DNA from: Schaalia odontolytica | GTDB lineage: Bacteria > Actinomycetota > Actinomycetes > Actinomycetales > Actinomycetaceae | Length of the DNA: 32,000 bases | Reading direction: 5' to 3' | Assembly: GCF_005696695.1 (NCBI RefSeq) | Contig: NZ_CP040006.1 | Coordinates: 630,001 to 662,000 of the forward strand | Part shown: in pieces, positions 1 to 9,040 of the stretch | How positions within the stretch are numbered: position 1 is the stretch's first letter | How the letters are laid out: each line of letters begins with the position of its first letter | Notes under the pieces: model-generated | Databases searched by the model: none | What the model saw: the letters and a program-made list of their open reading frames with translations, nothing else | Told to the model about the DNA's origin: nothing | Made by a program: the position numbers and the translations under genes

Positions 1-228
1 GAGGATGAAGGGGTAGGGGTCCCAGGCGGCTTCCTCGCTGATGCCGGCGAGCATCAGGTTCGCGCCGATCCACGCGATGACGAAGATCGTCATGTAGAGG
101 ACGAACTTGGGCGAGCCCATGAAGCGGGCGGTGGCCTCGGCGAAGCGGCCGAAGCCGTCGCCGCTGCCCGACGAGCGGCGGAAGAACCACCGACGCTTGT
201 CGATCGGGTTATCCAAACGATCAGCCAT
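1..228 (-). CDS. DUF1003-family membrane protein, N-terminal part (runs off the window start)
   Basis: My own reverse-strand translation from the ATG (complement of 226-228) gives MADRLDNPIDKRRWFFRRSSGSGDGFGRFAEATARFMGSPKFVLYMTIFVIAWIGANLMLAGISEEAAWDPYPFIL. The TM helix followed by WDPYPFIL matches my recollection of DUF1003. The start overlaps the stop of the upstream gene (221-223) by 8 nt. It is absent from the ORF track because it is open-ended. Confidence 0.65.
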   Translation of the reverse strand, partial: MADRLDNPIDKRRWFFRRSSGSGDGFGRFAEATARFMGSPKFVLYMTIFVIAWIGANLMLAGISEEAAWDPYPFIL

Positions 229-1525
229 CGATGCTCCTTGCCATCATGCGGTCGGTCACGTCGTCGTCGAAGTCTCGCCAGTCCTCGGGCAGCAGCTCGT
301 CAAGGACGTCATCGACCGAGACGGCGCCGTGTAGGTGCCCGTCCTCGTCGACGACGGGCAGGACCGTCAGGTTGTAGGTTGCGAGCAGACGTGTCACGGT
401 CGCGATGTGCGCGTTGGGGTCCACGGACTCGATGTCGCGGTCCAGGATCGTGCCGAGCAGCGTCTGAGGTGGCTCGCGCAGCGCGCGCTGGATGTGGACC
501 ATGCCCAGGTACTGGCCGGTCGGCGTCTCCTGGGGCGGGCGTGCGATGAAGGCGACGGTCGCGATCGAGGCCGGGATGTCCTCGCGTCGCACGGCCGCGA
601 GCATCTGCGCGACGGTCGCGTTGGGACCGAAAATGACGGGCTCGGTGGTCATGAGCGAACCCGCGGTCGACTCGTCGTAGGTCATGAGTCGGCGAACGTC
701 CTCGGCCTCTTCGGGCTCCATGAGGGCGAGCAGGGACTGAGCCTTCGCGGCGGGCAGCTCGGCGACGAGGTCGGCCGCGTCGTCAGGCTGCATGACGTCC
801 AGGACGTCGGCGGCTCGGGCGGCTTCCAGCGCGGAGACGATCGCGATACGGTCGTCGTTACCCAGCTCCTCGAGCACGTCGGCGAGGCGCGCGTCCGTCA
901 GCTGCATGGCGACCGCCATCTTGCGATCCTGGGGGAGCGTGTGCATGAAGTCCGCCAGGTCAGCGGGGCGCATGTCCTCCGTGTACTGCAGCAGCGCGGT
1001 CGCCGCCTGGTTCGAGTCGGTCTTGAGCAGGCCCGACACCTCGGACACGTCGACCGTGAGGGTCTCTCCGCTGCGCGTGAAACCGAGGGAGGACGTACGC
1101 ACGCGCTGGACGTGCAGCGTGGAGATCACCCAGTCCTTGGGACGGCGCTGACGCATCGCGACGTCGAGGATACGCACCTGGCCCGAGCCGTCGTTCATGG
1201 TGACGACGCGGTCGAAGAGCTCGGAGAGTACGAGCGTCTCGATGGGACGCTGCGTGAACGAACGAATGTTGAGCAGGCCCGTCGTGATGACCGAGCCGGC
1301 CTCGATCGCGGTGACTCGAGTGAGCGGCAGGAAGACACGCTTACGCGGGCCGACCTCGACGACGAAGCCGATGACGTTGGCTTCGGATTTCAGCCGAAAG
1401 ATGACAACGACATCGTGGATCTTGCCGACTTGGTCGCCCAAAGGGTCGAAAACACTAGTGCCAGCGAGCTTTCCGATGTAGACGCGGCGGCCCTTGGTGC
1501 CTAGTTCAATAGATGCGATGCTCAC
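221..1525 (-). CDS. PRC-barrel / MgtE N-terminal domain / CBS-pair protein (soluble MgtE-like protein with no transporter domain)
   Basis: 434-aa ORF with a GTG start. The central part (MRPADLADFMHTLPQDRKMAVAMQLTDARLADVLEEL..) resembles the MgtE intracellular N domain. The C-terminal part has CBS-pair character (..YNLTVLPVVDEDGHLHGAVSVDDVLD). It is coupled to the downstream DUF1003 gene by an 8-nt overlap. Confidence 0.8.
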   Translation of the reverse strand: MSIASIELGTKGRRVYIGKLAGTSVFDPLGDQVGKIHDVVVIFRLKSEANVIGFVVEVGPRKRVFLPLTRVTAIEAGSVITTGLLNIRSFTQRPIETLVLSELFDRVVTMNDGSGQVRILDVAMRQRRPKDWVISTLHVQRVRTSSLGFTRSGETLTVDVSEVSGLLKTDSNQAATALLQYTEDMRPADLADFMHTLPQDRKMAVAMQLTDARLADVLEELGNDDRIAIVSALEAARAADVLDVMQPDDAADLVAELPAAKAQSLLALMEPEEAEDVRRLMTYDESTAGSLMTTEPVIFGPNATVAQMLAAVRREDIPASIATVAFIARPPQETPTGQYLGMVHIQRALREPPQTLLGTILDRDIESVDPNAHIATVTRLLATYNLTVLPVVDEDGHLHGAVSVDDVLDELLPEDWRDFDDDVTDRMMARSIDG

Positions 1526-1625
1526 TCTTCCATCTTAGGCTGGTGACCACAGATGCGTACTGATGAGCCGGTCGCCGCATGAACAATGCGTTCCATGCCA
1601 CCGAGGCCGGGACGAAGGAGAAGAA

Positions 1626-2366
1626 ATGGCTGTCGTGATGGACCCGCAGATGCCCACGGGCACCGAGGTCGCCTCGTACGAGACCTACGCGCAGGCGCGT
1701 GCGGGCGTCGACTTCCTGTCGGATGCCGGCTTCGACGTTTCCGCGATCACGATTGTCGGCTCTGACCTGCACCTTGTCGAGCGCGTCAAAGGGCGCCTGA
1801 CGATCGCCCGCGCCTCCCTCTCGGGTGCCTCCAGCGGCGGCCTGTGGGGAGCCCTGGGTGGCATGCTCATGTCCGCCGGGCAAAACGCGGGCGGAACGGG
1901 TTCGTGGGTCGTCGGCGGCATCATCGTCGGCGCCCTGATCGGCATGGCTCTGTCCGCTCTGTCCTTCATCATTCGCGGACGCAGCCGCGACCTCGTGTCC
2001 TCCCAGCAGGTTGTTGCGGAGCGTTACGCGGTCTTGGCCTCGGCCGACATCGACCGCGCCTATCAGATCCTGCAGCGTACCCCCGGCAACCGCGCGCGCG
2101 TCGTGCGCCCGCGTACGGAGCAGGCACGCCCGAAGAAGGATTCCGTCGGCTTCTTCCCCGACGGCCGCCCCCGCTTCGGCGCTGCGACCAAGGACGGGGA
2201 GGTGCCCGGTGGTCGCCAGACGCACGAGGCCACGTCCGCCCAGGCCCACGCCCCCGTGAGCGCGCCCGAGGCCTCGGCCCCTGCAACGAACAGCCCCGAG
2301 AGCGCGGCGTCCGCACATGAGGACGCCCCGGCCTCGTCCCCCGAAAAGGACCAGACCGAGGCGTAA
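1626..2366 (+). CDS. Membrane protein with YflT / general-stress-protein-17M-like N-terminal domain, Gly-rich TM region and Pro/Ala-rich tail
   Basis: Start chosen at the internal ATG at 1626, preceded by GAAGGAGAAGAA. The sequence MAVVMDPQMPTGTEVASYETYAQARAGVDFLSDAGFDVSAITIVGSDLHLVERVKGRL is followed by glycine-zipper hydrophobic segments. The function call rests on family recollection only. Confidence 0.55.
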   Translation: MAVVMDPQMPTGTEVASYETYAQARAGVDFLSDAGFDVSAITIVGSDLHLVERVKGRLTIARASLSGASSGGLWGALGGMLMSAGQNAGGTGSWVVGGIIVGALIGMALSALSFIIRGRSRDLVSSQQVVAERYAVLASADIDRAYQILQRTPGNRARVVRPRTEQARPKKDSVGFFPDGRPRFGAATKDGEVPGGRQTHEATSAQAHAPVSAPEASAPATNSPESAASAHEDAPASSPEKDQTEA

Positions 2367-2386
2367 CCTCAGCGTCTTCGCGCGGC

Positions 2387-3916
2387 TCAGCGGGACTGAA
2401 CGCGCGCGATCCACTCCTCGACGTCGGCGATCGTACGCGGAATGTCCTCGGAGATGCGCGTGACGGTGCCGTCGGCGTTCACGACGACGTCGTCCTCGAT
2501 GCGCACGCCGATGCCCCGGTATTCCTCGGGGATCAGCAGGTCGTCGGCGCGGAAGTACAGGCCCGGCTCGATCGTGAAGACCATGCCCGGCTCCAGCAGC
2601 GCGCCCTGGTAGAGCTCCGCGCGCGCCTTCGCACAGTCGTGCACGTCCAGGCCCAGGTGGTGGCTGGTGCCGTGCGGCATCCAGCGACGGTGCTGCTGGC
2701 CCTCGGGTGCCAGGGACTCTTCCGGGGTGACGGGCAGGATGCCCCACTCATACAGGCGGGCGGCGATGACCTTCATGGCGGCGTCGTGCACGTCCTTGAA
2801 GCGGCAGCCCGGCTCGTTGGCGCGGGTCAGGGCGGCCTCGCAGGCGTCGAGGACGGCCTGGTAGACGCGGGCCTGGACCTCGGTGAAACGACCGTTGACG
2901 GGCAGTGTGCGCGTGATATCGGCGGTGTAGAGGGAGTCGACCTCGACGCCGGCGTCGACGAGCACCAGGTCGCCCTCGCGGACCGTTCCGTCGTTGTCGA
3001 TCCAGTGCAGGGTGTTCGCGTGGTTGCCCGAGGCCGCGATGGTCTCGTATCCCTCGCCGTTGCCCTCCTCGCGGGCGACCGCTCGGAATGCGCCCTCGAT
3101 GACGCGCTCGCCGCGGCGGTGACCCACGGCGCGGGGCAGGACGCGGATGATGTCCTCGAAGCCGGCCTTGGTGACCTCGACCGCGCGGATCATTTCCTCA
3201 AGCTCGAAGGCATCCTTGATGAGGCGAATCTCCGAGAGATGTTCTTCGAGGGCCTCGTCCTCCTTGCGCGCATCCTCTCCCGCGGGCAGCGAAGCCTGCG
3301 TGCGCACCTCGTTGACCATCGCCTCGACGTTGGCGTCGACGCCGCGCACGATGCGCAGCTGCACGGTCCCGGCGTCCTTTGCCAGCACGTCGCGCAGCGT
3401 GTCGATGTGGCGGGTCTCCAGGCCGGTCTGCGCGCTCAGCTCTTCGAGCGAGGGGCGCGCGCCCACCCAGAATTCGCCGTAGCGGGCGTCCGCGTAAAAC
3501 TCCTTGGAGGAACGCGAGGCGCGGGGCTTGAAGAAGAGCAGGGGAGTGTGGGTGCCGTCCTCGTTCGGCTCGAGCACCAGGACGGTGTCCGGCTCCTTCT
3601 CGCCGCCCAGGCCCGACAGGTGCGCGAAGGCGGAGTGCGCGCGGAAACGGTAGTCGCAGTCGTTGGAGCGGACCTTGTAGGGGCCTGCGGGTACGACGAG
3701 GCGCTCGCCCGGGAAGGGGGCGCCGGCCTTGAGCGTGCGGTCGTGCAGGAAGTCGGCAACGCGCTCACGTGCAGGCAGTTCGGAGGGGCGAGGCCCCCAT
3801 CCGGTGCCGATGAAATCGCGGAATGCGGAGGACTGGGGCTGGCGGGAGCGGTTTTCGCCGCGATCGGCCATGGACTGGGAGGCTTCTTCACTCATGGTCA
3901 CTATTCTACGGCTCAT
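2387..3916 (-). CDS. pepP: Xaa-Pro aminopeptidase (aminopeptidase P, peptidase family M24B)
   Basis: 509-aa ORF with metal-ligand motifs typical of M24B: DAGVEVDSLYTADITRT, HGTSHHLGLDVHD, EPGLYF, GVRIEDDVVV. GAGGGG lies 4 nt upstream of the ATG at 3916; an alternative start is at 3895. Confidence 0.9.
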   Translation of the reverse strand: MSRRIVTMSEEASQSMADRGENRSRQPQSSAFRDFIGTGWGPRPSELPARERVADFLHDRTLKAGAPFPGERLVVPAGPYKVRSNDCDYRFRAHSAFAHLSGLGGEKEPDTVLVLEPNEDGTHTPLLFFKPRASRSSKEFYADARYGEFWVGARPSLEELSAQTGLETRHIDTLRDVLAKDAGTVQLRIVRGVDANVEAMVNEVRTQASLPAGEDARKEDEALEEHLSEIRLIKDAFELEEMIRAVEVTKAGFEDIIRVLPRAVGHRRGERVIEGAFRAVAREEGNGEGYETIAASGNHANTLHWIDNDGTVREGDLVLVDAGVEVDSLYTADITRTLPVNGRFTEVQARVYQAVLDACEAALTRANEPGCRFKDVHDAAMKVIAARLYEWGILPVTPEESLAPEGQQHRRWMPHGTSHHLGLDVHDCAKARAELYQGALLEPGMVFTIEPGLYFRADDLLIPEEYRGIGVRIEDDVVVNADGTVTRISEDIPRTIADVEEWIARVQSR

Positions 3917-3947
3917 CGGCCCCTCGGGCGGGCCCGATGGTCATGAC

Positions 3948-4001
3948 AAACCCCGGCCTCATGTCCCTGTGGCGCGCTTAGCGCCGGGAACGAGGCCGGG
4001 G
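3948..4001 (-). terminator. Stem-loop terminator after ansA
   Basis: CCCCGGCCTC (3951-3960) pairs with GAGGCCGGGG (3992-4001). The loop contains a second GGCGC..GCGCC palindrome. On the minus strand the hairpin is followed by TTTGT. It lies 20 nt after the ansA stop. Confidence 0.5.
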
Positions 4002-4021
4002 CCGTGTCGGGTGGAAGAGGC

Positions 4022-5020
4022 TCAGTCCTGGAGGGTGAGCTCTCCGGCGATGGACAGATCCATCCAGCGCTTGAAGTCCGCGCCGCGCTTGCCCTGCGAG
4101 AGCAGGAAGACAGTCTTAGCGTAGAGGGCCTCGAGCGTCATGTCGTGCGCGCCGATCGCACCCAGTTGCGCGAGGGCGTTGCCGGCCTCGTAGTGGCCGA
4201 GCATGACCTCCGCCTGGTAGCACTGGGAGGCGACGATGATCGGAACCTCGGCCTGCGCGAGCTCGGCCAGGACGTCCACGAGCCCCGGCTCGGAGGCGGG
4301 GATGTTGCCCACGCCGAAGGTGCGCAGGATGAGGGCGTCCGGATGGGGCGTCGTCATGGCGCGCAGTCGCGCGGCGCTCATGCCGGGCACCACGTCGATA
4401 ACGGCTACGTCCTGGCGCGTGTACGGGCTCGGATCCTGCCAGCCGGTGCCCGCGCTCGGGGCGCCGTACCAGCGCCACGGGGCGCCCGTGCGCGCCATGG
4501 GGGACACGGAGGGCGACTCGAAGCCGCGGAACGCCCACGACGAGGTCTTGGTGGCGCGGTTGCCGGCCAGGAGCTTATGCCCGAAGAACAGCATGACGCC
4601 TCGTGCGCGGTGCGAAATCGCGGCGCGCAGCGCGCCCGTGACGTTTGACGACGCATCCGAGCCGACGACGCCGAGCGGGTACTGGGAGCCGGTCAGGACG
4701 ACCGGCTTGCCCATGCTCGCCAGCGAGTACGACAGGGCCGCAGCCGAGTAGGCCATCGTGTCCGTGCCGTGCAGGACCAGGAAGGCGTCCGCCTCGTCGG
4801 CGTGCGCGTTGATGTCGTCGATGATGGCCTGCCAGTCCTCGGGGGTAGCCTCCGAGGAGTCGATGAGCGGGTCCAGCGTCGACATCGTGATGTTCGAGGC
4901 CAGCTCGATGCCCTCCAGCTGGGAGCCGAACCACCCCTGCAGGTCCGCGCCGGGGCGCAGACCCTCGGGGGAGTCGACCATGCCGATGGTGCCACCGGCA
5001 TACGTGACGTGAAGACGCAC
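4022..5020 (-). CDS. ansA: L-asparaginase, cytoplasmic type I
   Basis: 332 aa with a GTG start preceded by AAAGGA. N-terminal catalytic motif VTYAGGTIGM and second motif LVLHGTDTMAYSAAAL. Starts 13 nt downstream of the permease stop, so probably in an operon with it. Confidence 0.9.
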   Translation of the reverse strand: MRLHVTYAGGTIGMVDSPEGLRPGADLQGWFGSQLEGIELASNITMSTLDPLIDSSEATPEDWQAIIDDINAHADEADAFLVLHGTDTMAYSAAALSYSLASMGKPVVLTGSQYPLGVVGSDASSNVTGALRAAISHRARGVMLFFGHKLLAGNRATKTSSWAFRGFESPSVSPMARTGAPWRWYGAPSAGTGWQDPSPYTRQDVAVIDVVPGMSAARLRAMTTPHPDALILRTFGVGNIPASEPGLVDVLAELAQAEVPIIVASQCYQAEVMLGHYEAGNALAQLGAIGAHDMTLEALYAKTVFLLSQGKRGADFKRWMDLSIAGELTLQD

Positions 5021-5033
5021 TGTTCGTCCTTTC

Positions 5034-6527
5034 TCAGTCGCCCGCCACCAGGGTTTCCTCGCCCTGCAGCGAGGCGGCGGCCTCGTCGGTCAGGTTACCG
5101 ACGCGATCGCGCACGTAGTACCAGCCGGCGACCATGAGGACGACGACCACGGCGAAGAGCGCGAGGGTCCAACGGCCCGATTCGGAGGTCACGTTGGAGC
5201 CAACGACGACCGCGAAGAAGAGCAGCGCAAGGTAGTTGGTGTAGGGGGCGCCGGGCATGCGGAACTCCGGACGCTGTGCCTCGCCGCGCTTGACCTTGCG
5301 CAGGAACGCCAGGTGCGAGATGAGGATCATCGCCCAGGTGCCGGCGATGCCGATGCCCGCCAGGTCCATAACAATCTCGAATGCGTTCTTAGGGACAAGG
5401 GCATTGAGAACGACACCGAGCAGACCCAGCGACGCGGTGATGATGATGCCGCCGTAGGGGACGTGGTTCTTGTTGAGGCGAGCGGCGAAGCGCGGGCCCT
5501 CGCCCACGAGCGCCATCGAGCGCAGCGTGCGGCCGGTCGCGTACAGGCCGGCGTTGAGCGAGGACAGAGCGGCGGTCAGGACGACGACCTGGATGATGTC
5601 GCCCGCGTGGGGCACGCCGAGGCCGGAGAAGAAGGTCGTGAAGGGAGACTCATCCTTGGAGTAGGCGGTGTAGGGCAGCGCGAAGGCGAAGAGAACGACG
5701 GAGCCAACGTAGAAGAAGAAGATACGAACGACCATCGAGTTGATGGCCTTGGGCAGGATCTTGGCGGCGTCCTTCGCCTCGCCGGCTGCAACGCCCACCA
5801 TCTCGGTGCCGCCGAAAGCGAAGACGACGCCCAGTGTGAGCGCGAAGACGGGGGCCAGGCCCTCAGGGAACCAGCCGCCGGACTCGGAGATGTTGTGGAC
5901 GCCCGCGGTGTACTCGCCGACGTGAGCCTGGGTGATGATCGCCCAGATGGCGACGCCCATGAAGATGAGGATCGTCGCGACCTTGATCATCGCGAACCAG
6001 AATTCGGCCTCGCCGAAGGCCTTGACGCTCATCATGTTGAGGACAAAGACGAGTGCGAGCGCGATGAGGGCGATGACCCACTGGGGGACGCTCTCAAACA
6101 TGTTCCAGTAGTGCATGTAGAGCGCCACGGCGGTGATGTCAGCCATGACGGTGACCGCCCAGTCCAGGAAGAAGAACCAGCCGGTGATGAACGCACCCTT
6201 TTCGCCCAGGAACTCGCGGGCGTAGGACACGAACGCGCCCGAGGAGGGGCGGCGCACCGCCAGCTCGCCGAGGGCTCGGACCATCAGGAACGCGAAGATG
6301 CCACACACCGCGTAGGCGAAGGCCAGTGCGGGGCCGCCCTGGGCCAGTCGACCGCCGGCACCCAGGAACAGGCCGGTGCCGATCGAACCGCCGATGGCGA
6401 TCATCTGGATGTGTCGGTTTTTCAGAGCCTTGTTGTACCCGGCGTCTCCCGCGTCAGTCGCGGTGGACACCTGGGTCTGATCCTTGTCAGACACGTGTGT
6501 ACTCCAATCGGTGTTGAGGGAGGCCAA
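5034..6527 (-). CDS. ansP: APC-family amino-acid permease, probable L-asparagine permease
   Basis: 497 aa with about 12 hydrophobic segments. APC signature NRHIQMIAIGGSIGTGLFLGAGGRLA. The substrate is inferred from the operon with the asparaginase. Confidence 0.85.
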   Translation of the reverse strand: MASLNTDWSTHVSDKDQTQVSTATDAGDAGYNKALKNRHIQMIAIGGSIGTGLFLGAGGRLAQGGPALAFAYAVCGIFAFLMVRALGELAVRRPSSGAFVSYAREFLGEKGAFITGWFFFLDWAVTVMADITAVALYMHYWNMFESVPQWVIALIALALVFVLNMMSVKAFGEAEFWFAMIKVATILIFMGVAIWAIITQAHVGEYTAGVHNISESGGWFPEGLAPVFALTLGVVFAFGGTEMVGVAAGEAKDAAKILPKAINSMVVRIFFFYVGSVVLFAFALPYTAYSKDESPFTTFFSGLGVPHAGDIIQVVVLTAALSSLNAGLYATGRTLRSMALVGEGPRFAARLNKNHVPYGGIIITASLGLLGVVLNALVPKNAFEIVMDLAGIGIAGTWAMILISHLAFLRKVKRGEAQRPEFRMPGAPYTNYLALLFFAVVVGSNVTSESGRWTLALFAVVVVLMVAGWYYVRDRVGNLTDEAAASLQGEETLVAGD

Positions 6528-6732
6528 ATGGCCGTGTGATGCCAGTTTCCTACAGTCGACAGCTCGTCGCTGCAGGTGAGCGGTTAACCGAAAAGGGTGG
6601 TGTCGAGACGGGAGAACGTGCAGAAAACAGGGTCAAGACCGGTCAAAAATGGGGTTTTTGTGAGGCCTCCTGACGCGCGCGGGTGGTGTTCGTCCGCGCG
6701 GTTGTGTGATCGGATTAATGGGGTAGTCTCAA

Positions 6733-7581
6733 ATGGTGAAGCGAATTGACCCCCACACTCATAGCGCGTATTCAGACGGGACGGATACGCCCGCGCAGCT
6801 CCTGTTTATTGCTGCTCAGGCCGGGCTGGATGCCATCGCGCTGACGGACCATGACACGACGACCGGATGGGACGAGGCCGCGGCCGCCGTTGCGGACACC
6901 GGCGTGAGCCTCATCCGGGGCGCTGAGATGTCGTGCTCGTCCTCGGGGATCACCGTGCACCTCCTGGCCTACCTCTTCGACCCGGCCAGCCCCAGCCTCG
7001 TCGATAATTTCCGACGCACGCGCGAGGACCGCGAGACGCGCGCCGCGCGCATGGTCGAAAACCTGTCGGCCGACTACCCGATTACGTTGGACGACGTGCT
7101 CGCCTTCGCGCCTGAGGGCGGCCCCGTGGGGCGCCCGCACATCGCGGACGCGCTCGTCGCTGCCGGCGCATTCCCCGACCGCAGTGCCGCCTTCGTCAAG
7201 GCCCTGCACCCGTCCGGCCCCTACTACGTGCACCACTGGGCGCCCGACCCGGTCGAGGCCGTGCGATGCGTGCGCGAGGCCGGGGGAGTGCCGGTCCTGG
7301 CCCATCCCCGAGCCCGTAAGCGCCAGCACCTGCTGCCCGAGGCAGTCATCGCCGACATGGCGGCGGCCGGCCTCTTCGGCATCGAGCGCGACCACCGCGA
7401 CCACGCCCCCGAGGACCGCGCCGACGTCGAGCGCATCGCCCGCGAGTTGGGCCTGGCGATGTTCGGCTCCTCCGACTACCACGGGACGGGCAAGCCGAAC
7501 CGTATCGGCGAAAACACGACGGACCCGCAGGTGATCGCCGAGGTCATCGCGCAGGGCGCCATCGAGGTGATCGAGCCGTGA
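6733..7581 (+). CDS. PHP-domain metal-dependent phosphoesterase (TrpH/YciV-like)
   Basis: 282 aa with PHP motifs RIDPHTHSAYSDGT, ALTDHDT and VLAHP. Confidence 0.85.
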   Translation: MVKRIDPHTHSAYSDGTDTPAQLLFIAAQAGLDAIALTDHDTTTGWDEAAAAVADTGVSLIRGAEMSCSSSGITVHLLAYLFDPASPSLVDNFRRTREDRETRAARMVENLSADYPITLDDVLAFAPEGGPVGRPHIADALVAAGAFPDRSAAFVKALHPSGPYYVHHWAPDPVEAVRCVREAGGVPVLAHPRARKRQHLLPEAVIADMAAAGLFGIERDHRDHAPEDRADVERIARELGLAMFGSSDYHGTGKPNRIGENTTDPQVIAEVIAQGAIEVIEP

Positions 7582-8207
7582 GCCTCTTCGACGTCACACT
7601 CTTCGCGACTGCCTTCGCGACGCTGACGGTCATCATGGACCCCATCGGGACCGTGCCCGTCTTCCTGGGCCTCACCGCCCGATACTCCCAGCCCAAGCAG
7701 CGCCGCGCCGCCATCCAGGCCACCTCCGTCTCCTTCGGCGTCATCCTAACCTTCGCGATCCTGGGTGGGCAGATCCTGCGCCTCCTGCATATTTCGATGG
7801 AGGCCCTCCAGCTCTCCGGCGGCGTCCTGCTCTTCCTGGTCGCCATGGAACTCCTCATGGGCACTGATTCGTCCTCTCCTGACACGGGGGACGAGGGCGT
7901 GAACGTCGCGCTCGTCCCGCTGGGGACGCCGCTGCTCGCCGGCCCCGGCTCGATCGTCGCCGTCATGGTGGCCGTCGGACAGGCCGGCACGAACGTGGGG
8001 TCGTGGATCGCTGTCATCGTCGCCGTCGTGCTCGCGCACATCGTGATGTGGCTGACGATGCGCTTCTCACTCATGCTGTCCAGGATGCTCGGCCCCGGCG
8101 GCATCATGCTGCTGACAAAGATCTCCGGCCTGCTGCTGGCGGCCATTGCGACGCAGCTCATCATGGAGGGAATCTTCCAGTTCATTGCGACCGCCAAGCT
8201 CTCCTGA
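7578..8207 (+). CDS. MarC-family (UPF0056) integral membrane protein
   Basis: 209 aa with 6 hydrophobic segments and the N-terminal motif VIMDPIGTVPVFLGL. The GTG start overlaps the PHP gene stop as GTGA (4-nt overlap). Confidence 0.85.
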   Translation: MSLFDVTLFATAFATLTVIMDPIGTVPVFLGLTARYSQPKQRRAAIQATSVSFGVILTFAILGGQILRLLHISMEALQLSGGVLLFLVAMELLMGTDSSSPDTGDEGVNVALVPLGTPLLAGPGSIVAVMVAVGQAGTNVGSWIAVIVAVVLAHIVMWLTMRFSLMLSRMLGPGGIMLLTKISGLLLAAIATQLIMEGIFQFIATAKLS

Positions 8208-8408
8208 CCTGGTTGTTCTCCCGCGCAGCGGAGCCGAACAAAGCCCCGCGAAAAAGTGGGGTGCGACTCGCCGATGCGTGATTTTCGAAAATCTGTGCGT
8301 AATGGTCAGGAAGTGTTGTAGGGTGGGTGAGAACGCCGTGACGCGACACGGCCCGCACTGGTCAGGGTCACGCATTCATCCCTCACCACAATTGTTCCAG
8401 GAGAAACA

Positions 8409-8984
8409 ATGAAGAAGACGACCTCGTCTCTGTTCGCCGCCACCGCGGCGCTTGGTCTGATCGCCGCTTCGGCCGGCGTTGCTTTCGCCGCCGAGCCCGT
8501 CACCGATCCCTCGACCCCGGCCACCGAGGCCCCGGCCACCGAGGCCCCGTCCACCGAGACCCCCTCGACCCCGGCCCCCGAGGCACCCGCCGAAGAGACG
8601 CCCTCGACCCCGGCCCCCGAGCAGCCCTCGACCCCGGCCGACGACAACACCCCGGGCGACAACAACACCGGCGGCTCTTCTGAGACCCCTGCTGTCTCCG
8701 ATGATTCTTCGGTCCCCGCCGCCGATCAGGGTGGCGCTGGCGCTGCCTCCGGCCCCGTCGGCACCACCGGCGTGACCACCCGCGGCCAGATCTCCACCGG
8801 CAACGGCCCGGCCCCCGTCTCCGCTCGTGGCGGCATCCGCAACACGAACGCCCCGGCCGGCACCCCCGCCGCCTCGAACCCGACGCTCGCCAACACCGGC
8901 TCCGTCGCTTCGATCGCCGCTGGCGCTGGCGTTATCGCGCTGGCCGGTGGCGTGACCCTGGTGGTTGCTCGCAAGCGCCACTGA
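8409..8984 (+). CDS. Small Pro/Thr/Glu-rich cell-wall-anchored surface protein with an LAxTG sorting signal
   Basis: Signal peptide MKKTTSSLFAATAALGLIAASAGVAFA. Low-complexity PSTPAPE-type repeats. C-terminal LANTG, then a hydrophobic stretch, then ARKRH. RBS AGGAGA lies upstream. Confidence 0.8.
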   Translation: MKKTTSSLFAATAALGLIAASAGVAFAAEPVTDPSTPATEAPATEAPSTETPSTPAPEAPAEETPSTPAPEQPSTPADDNTPGDNNTGGSSETPAVSDDSSVPAADQGGAGAASGPVGTTGVTTRGQISTGNGPAPVSARGGIRNTNAPAGTPAASNPTLANTGSVASIAAGAGVIALAGGVTLVVARKRH

Positions 8985-9007
8985 GGCATTTTCGCCTGAC
9001 AAGTAAC

Positions 9008-9040
9008 GCGGGCCCGCTCGATCCGAGCGGGCCCGCGTTT
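9008..9040. terminator. GC-rich hairpin terminator
   Basis: CGCGGGCCCGCTCG (9008-9020) pairs with CGAGCGGGCCCGCG (9024-9037) across a 3-nt loop, followed by TTTT. It lies 24 nt after the stop of the 8409-8984 gene. Confidence 0.65.

Noticed and set aside
6540-6732. Checked the larger intergenic regions (6540-6732, 8208-8408, 10808-11198, 20279-20489) for tRNA, rRNA or riboswitch-like features.
   Set aside because: No T-loop/GTTCGAATC-type motifs, cloverleaf potential or recognisable riboswitch cores were seen. These regions are best explained as divergent promoter regions.
8376-9002. Alternative-frame ORFs over the Pro/Thr-rich surface-protein gene (8376-9002 -, 8479-8775 +, 8306-8668 -).
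   Set aside because: They are low-complexity translations of the same repeat DNA. Only the 8409-8984 frame has a signal peptide and a sorting signal.
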